Positions 1-9,456 of a stretch of DNA of 64,000 nucleotides are shown here, in pieces (position 1 is the first letter of the stretch; each line of letters opens with the position of its first letter). The translations under genes and the position numbers were made by a program. The stretch spans positions 1,155,759 through 1,219,758 of the forward strand of contig KV454015.1 in NCBI GenBank assembly GCA_001661245.1, in the 5' to 3' direction. Source of the stretch: Pachysolen tannophilus NRRL Y-2460 (Eukaryota). Under the pieces are notes generated by a model. It made no database searches and was not told the origin of the DNA. It was given only the letters and a program-made list of their open reading frames with translations.

Positions 1-109
1 AAAAATAAAAAGAAAAAGAAAAAGAAAAAAAAAAAAAGTTACAGAACAAATATCCAATATGAAAATACAAAAGCTAAATCTCAACACCTACCATTATTTA
101 AAAAACGCA

Positions 110-1237
110 TTAATCCTGTTTTATTTCTGGTTTAGTTGTAGCTGAAGGGTATGTCTTAGAAGCAACCCAACTAAACCAGCTTGTATAGGTAGAACCATTA
201 TTAATATTTTTATTATTTTTATCAGAAGAAGAATTTGTGGAATCATCTATTGAACTTGCTTTCAAATCATCAACATCTACCAAATCATACTCTTCATTAC
301 CAGAATTCACTCTTTTAATAGTACCATTAGAATTGTTATTGTTATCATCTTCTGAACCCGAGAAATCATTACGAGAATCATTCATCGAAGAGAAATCAGG
401 TAAAATACTCATTAAAGATTTTAATAAAGTCATATTTTTTTCATTAATATTTTTAGCCCAAAAATTTGAAGTTTCAGACAGATTTTTCAAATTCTTTCCT
501 GATAATTCTGTCAGTTTATTTTCATCAGAAACATTTAAAGCTTCACCATTATTATTTGAAGCTAAAATTTTTGTTTCCTTAAAGATAAAATAAACAGATT
601 CCATAAATGATTTATTCATAATATTATCATCTTGATTATTTAAAACTTCATCACCTGAACCAAAAATTTTTAAATTTCCCTTACCTTCAAAAAAGGAATC
701 AATAATTAAATTATATAGTTTAATAGAAACCCTTTTAATACTAGAAGTATTTAAATTTATAAATTCTGTCAATTTACTATCAAACTCAAGTAATAATGGT
801 ATTACATAAAATTCCCATATGACAATTGCACCATTAATCTTATATTGATTATCAACACCATCAGTATCATAACCATCGCGTGAATCCGCGCTTAATGAAG
901 CAAATAAACTTTTACTTTCTTCTTTAAATTTATAATCACGTTTATCTAACATTGGGAAAACTAACCAAGTTAATAAATAAATTTTGAAAAATTTCCAAAA
1001 TGGAATAAGCCTTAAAATCCAATCAAAATAATTATGTAAAGTAATTAATAAATTTAAAATTATCCAATAAATTAACCAATTAGTTAAATTTTTATTAACT
1101 TTATTTGTTTGATATGAAGCTATTCCAATTGAATTATGATTTGAATTAGATAGCAATTGAATTGCTTTATAAGATTGGTGTAATGGATACACAATCGAAA
1201 TCGTAAATGTAACAAAATCAAATAATAAATCAAACAT
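110..1237 (-). CDS. TB2/DP1/HVA22 (REEP/Yop1-like) ER-shaping protein, likely Atg40-type ER-phagy receptor
   Basis: N-terminal YPLHQSYKAI...NWLIYWI...RLIPFWKFFKIYLLTWL hairpin signature, followed by a long disordered Asn/Ser/acidic tail containing EEYDLVDVDD (AIM-like). Neighbours ISN1, as ATG40 lies near ISN1 in S. cerevisiae. Confidence 0.7.
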   Translation of the reverse strand: MFDLLFDFVTFTISIVYPLHQSYKAIQLLSNSNHNSIGIASYQTNKVNKNLTNWLIYWIILNLLITLHNYFDWILRLIPFWKFFKIYLLTWLVFPMLDKRDYKFKEESKSLFASLSADSRDGYDTDGVDNQYKINGAIVIWEFYVIPLLLEFDSKLTEFINLNTSSIKRVSIKLYNLIIDSFFEGKGNLKIFGSGDEVLNNQDDNIMNKSFMESVYFIFKETKILASNNNGEALNVSDENKLTELSGKNLKNLSETSNFWAKNINEKNMTLLKSLMSILPDFSSMNDSRNDFSGSEDDNNNNSNGTIKRVNSGNEEYDLVDVDDLKASSIDDSTNSSSDKNNKNINNGSTYTSWFSWVASKTYPSATTKPEIKQD

Positions 1238-1526
1238 ATTTGTCGCCCAATTGAATAATATCCCAAATTTAAAAATAATGATTGATCCAATAAAATTTAT
1301 ATCTATCTATAATTAGCAGATAAGCAAACTTGGATTTTATTTTATTAGCCACAAACGTCAAAAATTAACAAAAATTAATAGCTTGAATTTTGATTTTATA
1401 ATCAAGAAAATAAAAGGATAACAAAATCAAATTCAGAAAAAAAAAAAAAAAAAAAAGAAAAAGATTCTTTACTCTTTTAGATGGAAAAATTATAATATAT
1501 TAAATATATAAAAATATAAAATATAT

Positions 1527-1557
<31 letters not shown>

Positions 1558-1744
1558 ATAAAAGTATATGTTATAAAATCTATAATTATAAAAATATAAA
1601 ATACACAAGATTTTTTTCCCCTTTTTATCTCATCTCACTTTAATTACGAAAAAAGCAAAAAAAAAGACTGAAATTTCCAAATCGAGTAATATTGATAGGG
1701 AATTGCCCAATTCGGAAACAAACTTTTTTTTACTTAAAAATGTT

Positions 1745-3190
1745 CTAGTACTTGTTATCTATATATTTGAATAGATCAACTAAACAATTTCTAGTTTCCT
1801 CTGGGTTAGCTATCCATACTGTGCATGCACTTCTTCTTGCCTTGTAATCATTTGCACCTACTGTGGCAAATTGATCACCAATATGTAAAGTTGAATTACT
1901 TTTTGCATCTTTACCTAGAAAAGTTTGTAATACTTTAACACCTAATGATTTATCACCAATATCAACCCATACATCACTACCTCCATTAAATGCACAAAAT
2001 TCAATTTCTTGTGCTGGTTGAAAATTATTTAATTTGTTATCACATATTAGGACAACTTCTTCCAACAGTTCTCTAAGTAATTTAAATCCAGGTTTCAGTA
2101 CCATACCAACGGCTCTTTCCTTTTTAACAACAATTGCTGGTAATTCTAATTTTCTAATTAAATCGGATAAGACTGATTCTGCAAAATCCAAAGTATTAGT
2201 AATATTTATTGGATTCCAACCTGCCATTGCCGGTAAGATCCATTTTGATGGTTCTATGAATTTTAATTTTTTCAAAACGCTATCATATTGTAATAAATAA
2301 TTTGCTTCTCCACCCATAACTAAAAAACGTTCTTTTTGTCTTTCTGTTAAACCATAAATTTCCAATTCTAAAGCATCTATTAATCCGTATAATCTTTCAT
2401 AATATTTCAGACCATCTTTATAACCAGCAGCGGTAACAATACCAATGAAAAAATTTCTACTCAACAGTTGAATAATTAATGGTATTAAAGGTGAATCTGG
2501 CATTAAACAATCTCCATCATCATATAATGTAACATCTCCATCAAATGTAATTAATTGTAATTTATCCTCTTCTTGTATTGAAACTGAATTGAAATTCCCT
2601 GATAATTGTAAAAGTTGAGCTGTATTTAATATAACTCTTACATCGTTAAAACTAGGACAAACTAATCTTCTTTTACTAATTGATCTTTTTTCATCTTCAA
2701 TATAAAAAGCTTTTTCTAAAGGTAATTGAGTGAAAAATTCTCCAACTGAAGGAACCAACTGTTTTAACCTTGAGAATTCAGGAGTATTTTGTGAATACAT
2801 AAATATTTGATCATCAACAAGACGTTCAATATCTGAAAATACTTCAGCATATCTTCTTCTAGCATCTGCACTGATTTTCATATCATCAGCAACTGTTATA
2901 CCACTGGATTTCACTGCATGAAGAACAAAAGGTCCTGCTAATACACCTTTTATCCATTCAATAAATTCATCACGACGATGTTGTTTTAAAGCGTCTTGAA
3001 AGAAGAAAAAAATAAAAAAAATTTTTTTTGTTAATATATAAAAACCATAAACTTGTCAAGCGGAAATAATCACTTACATTCAACGCGATATCTAATTTCA
3101 ATTGCTCAGTTAGTAGTTAAACTTGAAGTGAAGAAAAAAAAAAAGTTCTTTTTTTCTTTTAAAAGCTAGAAAAACTTACCTTGAAGTCAT
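1745..3190 (-). CDS. ISN1: IMP-specific 5'-nucleotidase; 3 exons (3190-3180, 3091-3078, 2994-1745)
   Basis: Spliced N-terminus MTSRYRVEYALKQHRRDEFIEWIKGVLAGPFVLHA matches Isn1. HAD motif TFDGDVTLY, AFNGGSDVWVDIGDK and HIGDQF present. Introns 3179-3092 (GTAAGT..TACTAAC..TAG) and 3077-2995 (GTAAGT..TATTAAC..AAG). Confidence 0.93.
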
Positions 3191-3333
3191 TGTATAAAGA
3201 CTAAATTCAAGAATCTAATAAAAAAATGAAACTTGCTCATCTAGTTATTTATTATTATGTATGCATTTTTGTCTTTTTAGTTAGTTGAACTAAATAAAAT
3301 AAAATAAAATGAAATAAAAAATAAAAATTAAAG

Positions 3334-3406
3334 CACCCATGCTGGGAGTCGAACCCAGAATCTTTTGATTAGAAGTCAAACGCGTTAACCATTACGCTAC
3401 ACGGGC
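3334..3406 (-). tRNA. tRNA-Arg(UCU), intronless
   Basis: Reverse complement GCCCGTGTAGCGTAATGGTTAACGCGTTTGACTTCTAATCAAAAGATTCTGGGTTCGACTCCCAGCATGGGTG is 73 nt and folds as a cloverleaf. Anticodon TCT, GTTCGA T-loop. Confidence 0.95.
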
Positions 3407-4286
3407 TTCTTTACGTTTACTCCGGTTCCACTTTTTTTTCACATTGTGGGGCAACCAACCGACCAACCGATCTCCTTCCCCCTACTGATAAAGATTAAAC
3501 TCTTTTACAACATATACTCTACAATACAAGTTATAGATTATTACTATATTCATTAAGTGTCATTGAAACCACGCAAAAATGACCTGAATGAAAAGAACTT
3601 TTTTTTTTATTTTTTTTTTATTTGAATTTTTTTTTATTAACAATTTGTTTAATATACCCCAGATTCTAGTTTATGTTTATCCGGGAACTGATGTAATGTA
3701 ATGGTTGTAGTGGAAATTCAAAGAGTAATTTTTTGCATAAGTACCTAAAATTCTACATATTTAAAATTGAAAAACTTCAAACTAAGATAAGCAGCCATCA
3801 CTCACTACTTCTCCTCTTCTCTCCTCCTGCTTTTTCTAACAGTTTTTTCCTCTAGGTATATCAATTCCTTGTATAATATAAAAATATTTTTCCGAGATTT
3901 GATTTTCTTCTTTGCGGAAAAAATAAGTGAAAACGACCTAAAAAAGAAAAAGAGAAAAAAAGAGAGAAAAAAAACTTGTACACCACTTAATAAATTAGCT
4001 ACAAATCTGAAATTATTTAAATTAAGAAAAGAGATAAGATAGGGCTATAAAAAATAATATTCAAAATAATACAGTTGACAACAATCAAGCTTCTTGTTGT
4101 ATAGTTTATTGGGAGGTGATTGATGGATTAATATAAAGGAACAAGTTAATATAATATTCTTATTTTTTGTTATTATTATTATTACTTTTGTTATTATTTA
4201 ATTTTAAAATATTGTTGCTTCAGAAAACGGTGGAGTTGAAATAAAGGAAAAAAAAAAGTTGTTTAGTTGGTTTAGATAAGTTGCTG

Positions 4287-5627
4287 ATGTTTCTTCCGTC
4301 GAATATTCATAGCAATTCAGATGGGCCTCCTTTGAAATATACTCAAAGTGCTAGAGAAAGTATAAAAAAAACTCTTCTGTCGAATTCCAAATTTAATTCA
4401 AGTGCAACGATTTTAAAATACGGGAGTTCACCTTTGAGTAATCATTCAATTAATGCTTCAAGTTTAAGTGTTTCAAGTACTAGTAATATAAGTTCAGATC
4501 ATGAAGAACAACCGCTGCAGAAAAAGAAAAAAATATTTAGTGGATTATTATCTAGATCGAGTACTAATAGTAGTAAGAGATCATTGGTTTCTTCATCAAG
4601 TATGAATAACAATCGATCTTCAAATAATTTAGAACAACAATTAACAGATACATCATCAGTTATTTCAGATATAAGTTTATTAACTACAAATACAGAACAA
4701 GAATCTTTTATTTCAAATTCTGTTTTTTCAAATGATTTATCGTCAATATCTACAGCGAACACATCAGTAAATCAAGAAAGTATAATTGGATCCGGTAGTA
4801 ACAATGGAAATGGGAATGGGAAACAATTGGTTATAACTTTAGAAGAAGCTTTACCTTCTAATTTTCAAGATATGTATTCTCCAGATACATTAATAGATGT
4901 TCTTCCAAATGGACGACCAAAATTTACGAAAAGAGATATAATAGATTGGGAATTAAATGATATTCGAGCATTATTAATAGTTGATTCTTTGGAACCAAAT
5001 TGGAATAATCAAATTCCAGTGATATCCTCAAGAGAAAATATTTTTAAAATTCAATATTTACCCTTGGATTCTTCAGATAATCGTATTATTCAAACTTTAG
5101 TAGAATCAGATATTTACAGAGAAACTAATTTCCATATAAATTTTAGAGTGAAAAGTGCAACTTATATTGTGAAAACTGCAAGACAGAGACATGTCCGAAT
5201 GTTAAAAGATCTTTATCATATACAAGATGATTTACGAGATACTGAATTACTGAATACACCTTTTTTAAGGTATGAATTAAGAAACATTGTTGAAAATTTT
5301 TTATTGAATTTAGGAGTTGAAAGTCAATGCAGAAGTGATTTTAAAAAAAATTGCTCGGTTGTGAAAAAACAAAAAAGGCAATTGTACGGTTTAGATAATA
5401 TGATGTTCATAGATGACGATGGAACAGTATCAAATCGATCTGATGCAAAGACGTTGTTGAAAAAGGCAATTATAAACAGCGCAAACAACTGCGGTAGCGT
5501 CAATGTAAATAGAAATAACATGACATTCAAATTATCTCAGGAGGAAAAAGCAAAACTTTGGTACGATGTACAATTGAACATATATAGAAGATTAGAGTTG
5601 GATTGGCAACCGGACAATATTAGGTGA
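4287..5627 (+). CDS. STD1: Std1/Mth1-family glucose-signalling regulator (Rgt1 co-repressor)
   Basis: LEEALP..F.DMYSP..LPNGRPKFTKRDIIDWELNDIRALLIVD and C-terminal RLELDWQPD; Ser-rich N-terminus. First ATG at 4287. Confidence 0.85.
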   Translation: MFLPSNIHSNSDGPPLKYTQSARESIKKTLLSNSKFNSSATILKYGSSPLSNHSINASSLSVSSTSNISSDHEEQPLQKKKKIFSGLLSRSSTNSSKRSLVSSSSMNNNRSSNNLEQQLTDTSSVISDISLLTTNTEQESFISNSVFSNDLSSISTANTSVNQESIIGSGSNNGNGNGKQLVITLEEALPSNFQDMYSPDTLIDVLPNGRPKFTKRDIIDWELNDIRALLIVDSLEPNWNNQIPVISSRENIFKIQYLPLDSSDNRIIQTLVESDIYRETNFHINFRVKSATYIVKTARQRHVRMLKDLYHIQDDLRDTELLNTPFLRYELRNIVENFLLNLGVESQCRSDFKKNCSVVKKQKRQLYGLDNMMFIDDDGTVSNRSDAKTLLKKAIINSANNCGSVNVNRNNMTFKLSQEEKAKLWYDVQLNIYRRLELDWQPDNIR

Positions 5628-5942
5628 TTTATGTGTATTATTTATTTATTTTTTTTAGGTTTTTTTTTTTCTTTTGGGTGATTATCATTAATATAATAAA
5701 AGCTGGCCTCAATAAAATACTATTGACCTGTAGTCCTCATCAAGTTGTACTGTATTTCGAATGAACTTTACAAAAAATTCGAATTTTTTTCATTTTTCAA
5801 TTTTTGAAATTTTTCATTTTTCTTATTATTAAGGAAAATCAAGTAATTTTTTTGTAAAAGTGATATATAAAAACAACTATATATATATATATATATATAT
5901 ATAAATATATCTTTACTGATCTATTTATTTCAATTGCTACTG

Positions 5943-7721
5943 ATGTCGGTTTCAATGCAAGGATCTAAATCTACAGTTAATGAATATCTTGAGAACCTTC
6001 CTGATTCTATTCACTCAAAATTATATAAATCACCGGCAACATGTCTTGCTATATTTCGATTACTTCCCTCGTTGTCAAAATTTTATATAATGACATTGAT
6101 TTTTACGGAAAATGCAACTGTTAGCTATCCGGAATTGAATAAATGGCTTCGTACTTCTCCGCAACATCATTCGAATGTATCAGATGCTCTTCATGTTTCT
6201 CCAGCAAAACTATATAGAAATGAAAGTCTAAAAAGATTGAAATCATTGAATTTAATAAAAGAGATTAGAAGACAAATTACCAACCCAAATACAGGCGCTA
6301 CAACAAGTGTACTTTTCTTCCGGTTGAATCCAATTTTCAGAGATAGTTTAAGAAATGCATTGTCTGGAGGGAACACTGCTTTAGGAAATCTCACCAATAC
6401 AGCTGCTGCTACAACTGCTGTAGTAAAAGATGAAGAAGGTGATGTTGAAATGCAGAATGATCTTAATGGAATGTTTAAAGATGAAAATAAAGATGAAATA
6501 AAAATAAGTTTTTTAGATAAATGGTCTTTGAGTAAATGGGAAAATATTTTGCATTTTATGGTTGGTTCTGAGTTAGAGGAATTACCTAGTGTTGGTGTAT
6601 TATCGTTGTTAAAACATAGTGGTTTAATGGAAACACATGGCAAAAATGATGATTTAATGAATTTAGATAAGAATGAGAATAAAGAAGATTATGTAGAGGA
6701 TGATGTATCTACTTTACAAAATATGAAAATAACAAAAGAAGGTTTCCAATTTTTACTTCAAGATATAAATTCTCAAATTTGGATGTTATTATTACAGTAT
6801 TTAAAAATATCAGAAAGATTAATGATGAATCCAGTTGATGTGTTAAATTTTATCTTTGTATTAGGTTCTTTAGAATTAGGTAAAAGTTACAAGACAGATA
6901 GTTTATCTTCAACACAAAAAATCATGTTAGATGATTTAATTGATTATGGATTAATTTATCAACGACAATATCCAGAAGATAGTGAAAGAAAGGATAATCA
7001 TTTTTTCCCAACAAGATTAGCAACATCTTTAACTTCAGATAGTAAGACTTTTAGATCAGCTACTCAGGTTATGAACAAATCAATTAATCAATTTGATAAA
7101 AATAACCCGTCAAAGGACAATGGTGCAATTATTATAGAAACTAATTTCAAATTATATTGTTATACAGATTCACCTTTACAAATTGCTATTTTGAATTTAT
7201 TTGTTCATTTAAGGTCTAGATTTTCTAATATGGTTTGTGGAATTATAACAAGAGAATCAATAAGAAAAGCATTAGTCAATGGAATAACTGCTGAACAAAT
7301 TATTAAATATTTAGAAACACATGCACATTCACAAATGAAAAAACAAGCACAAGAGAAGTTATTAAGAAAAATAGATTTTGAAAGTTCTACTCATACTAAT
7401 GAAACTAGTGGTCGAGATGGTAAAAACCATTTCACTCCTGAATTAGAAATTATTCCTCCAACAGTAATAGATCAAATTAAGCTTTGGCAATTGGAATTGG
7501 AAAGAATTCAAACCTTTCGTGGATTTTTGTTTAAAGATTTCAACAATGACTTGGAATTTGAAAAATTATGGAAATATGCAACGGAAATTGGCGTATTACT
7601 TTGGAAAGATATTAATAAAAGGCAGTTTTTCGTTACTCAGGAAGGTAATTTACAAGTGGTAGAGTATGCAAATAGAATGTTGAGAAGGCAGAGATCAGAA
7701 CAATCTACTCCTCAACCTTAA
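5943..7721 (+). CDS. TFB2: TFIIH subunit Tfb2 (p52)
   Basis: LYKSPATCLAIFRLLP, WENILHFMVG, ITKEGFQFLLQ, IIIETNFKLYCYT, PPTVIDQIKLWQLE. ATG at 5943. Confidence 0.95.
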   Translation: MSVSMQGSKSTVNEYLENLPDSIHSKLYKSPATCLAIFRLLPSLSKFYIMTLIFTENATVSYPELNKWLRTSPQHHSNVSDALHVSPAKLYRNESLKRLKSLNLIKEIRRQITNPNTGATTSVLFFRLNPIFRDSLRNALSGGNTALGNLTNTAAATTAVVKDEEGDVEMQNDLNGMFKDENKDEIKISFLDKWSLSKWENILHFMVGSELEELPSVGVLSLLKHSGLMETHGKNDDLMNLDKNENKEDYVEDDVSTLQNMKITKEGFQFLLQDINSQIWMLLLQYLKISERLMMNPVDVLNFIFVLGSLELGKSYKTDSLSSTQKIMLDDLIDYGLIYQRQYPEDSERKDNHFFPTRLATSLTSDSKTFRSATQVMNKSINQFDKNNPSKDNGAIIIETNFKLYCYTDSPLQIAILNLFVHLRSRFSNMVCGIITRESIRKALVNGITAEQIIKYLETHAHSQMKKQAQEKLLRKIDFESSTHTNETSGRDGKNHFTPELEIIPPTVIDQIKLWQLELERIQTFRGFLFKDFNNDLEFEKLWKYATEIGVLLWKDINKRQFFVTQEGNLQVVEYANRMLRRQRSEQSTPQP

Positions 7722-7944
7722 CCTGTTAAAATAATCCTTAAATAAATAAATTAATAGATTAATAAATTGAAAGTTTTCAATGTAAAATAAAAACCATCAA
7801 ATTTTTCTTTCTTTTTTCTTTTTTTTTGGGGCATTTTTCATGTATATATATACTAAATGATAATAATACTTGTGATTTAATAATTACTATTTATTATTTC
7901 TATAGAGAGAGTAGGTTAAAATAGAATAAGGTTGTTTGAAGAAG

Positions 7945-8838
7945 ATGACAGCTGATATTATTGATGGTAAAGCCATCAGTGCTGAGTTACGGGTCAAGAT
8001 TCGTGATGAAATCAATGAGTTGAAGTCATTGAATAAAAATTTCAATCCTAAATTAGTTATTATTCAAGTTGGGTCAAGACCAGATTCATCAACTTATGTT
8101 AGAATGAAATTAAAAGCGTGTTCTGAAGTTGGAATTGACTGTATTTCTGAAAATGTTCCAGAGGATATTTCTCAAGAGGAACTTCTTGCAAAGATTGAAC
8201 TGTTAAACAATGATGATTTGGTTCATGGTATGTTAGTTCAATTACCATTACCACCTCATTTAAATGAATCTATAATCACAAATTCTGTTAAACAATCAAA
8301 GGATATTGATGGGTTTTCTCAATTAAATTTGGCTTCTGTTTTCAAGAAAAATGATTATCCATTATACTTACCATGTACTCCAAAGGGAATTTTATATCTT
8401 TTAGAACATGAAAAAGTTGGAATTTCACATAAAAATATTGTTGTTTGTGGTAGATCAGATATTGTTGGATCACCTTTAGCTAAATTATTGGAGAAAAAAG
8501 GTGCTACAGTTACTATATTACATTCTAAATCAACAGAGGAGCAAAAGAAATTTTATATTTCTAATGCTGACATAGTGGTGTCCGCTGTAGGTCAAGCTAA
8601 TTTTATCACTGGTGATTTCATAAAAACTGGTTCTACTATAATTGATGTCGGTACTAATTTCGTTCCAGATGCTACAAAGAAATCGGGCCAACGAATGTGT
8701 GGTGACGTAGATTTTGAAAGTTGTTTAGAGAAAGCAGGTAAAATTACTCCTGTTCCTGGTGGAGTAGGTCCAATGACTGTGGTCATGATATTGGTAAACG
8801 TCTTGGATTCTGCTAAGAAAGCAGCTGGTATAATTTAA
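7945..8838 (+). CDS. Methylene-THF dehydrogenase/cyclohydrolase (FolD-type), stand-alone N-terminal half of C1-THF synthase
   Basis: IIDGKAIS, YVRMKLKA, LVQLPLP, KDIDG, PCTPKG, GRSDIVG, IDVGTN, ITPVPGGVGPMTV. Ends in TAA at 8836-8838; no mitochondrial presequence. Confidence 0.9.
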   Translation: MTADIIDGKAISAELRVKIRDEINELKSLNKNFNPKLVIIQVGSRPDSSTYVRMKLKACSEVGIDCISENVPEDISQEELLAKIELLNNDDLVHGMLVQLPLPPHLNESIITNSVKQSKDIDGFSQLNLASVFKKNDYPLYLPCTPKGILYLLEHEKVGISHKNIVVCGRSDIVGSPLAKLLEKKGATVTILHSKSTEEQKKFYISNADIVVSAVGQANFITGDFIKTGSTIIDVGTNFVPDATKKSGQRMCGDVDFESCLEKAGKITPVPGGVGPMTVVMILVNVLDSAKKAAGII

Positions 8839-8930
8839 TCTATTTTAATTAAAAAGGTAGAAAGAAAAAATTGGCAAAATAATAAATTCAACACTGTTTA
8901 TTTTGCCATATTATTGCCAAAGAACATCTT

Positions 8931-9330
8931 TGAGTCATTGGCCTTTTTTTTTTTGTTTGTTTGTTGTTTTTACTTTCTTTCTTTCAAGATTTACTTGACA
9001 AAAATCTATAATTCATCTTTAAGCATTGTTTTATTAGCTCTCTTAACTTTTTTTATATAAAATTTTATATACGATTAATGAATGTTCAACACGATTAGTT
9101 TAATACTTACTCTCTTGATAAAAACTTCTCTTCTTGAAAACTGAAGCCTAATTTGATCCTCTCAAGGTGACATGTGATCTCCAAATAACCATTCATCTTC
9201 CCTAAAAGAAAAAAAGAAAAAACGCTTCAAATCCGAGTTTCATTTAACTCTGCTTAATTCAGAGTCAAAATTTTTTTTTTTCAACTTTTCACTCTTTTTT
9301 TTCTGTTTTGACTTCACCTTGGTATATAAG
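8931..9330 (+). promoter_or_regulatory. Putative promoter of the FTHFS gene: Gcn4/Bas1-type sites and TATA box
   Basis: TGAGTCA at 8931-8937, GAGTCA at 9262-9267, TATATAAG at 9323-9330. Motif matches only. Confidence 0.45.
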
Positions 9331-9456
9331 AAGACTTGAAAATCCATTTACTGCTATTCTTTATAATAGAATGGTGATTGAATATCAAATCTTTTTGATA
9401 TAGTTCCATATTACACAGACTTACTGACTGTTGTTGTTGTTGTATAATTGTATAAG

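Noticed and set aside
8839..9456. Readthrough or programmed frameshift joining the two ADE3 halves
   Set aside because: The gap is 618 nt of low-complexity DNA with many stop codons; the native linker would be only a few residues.
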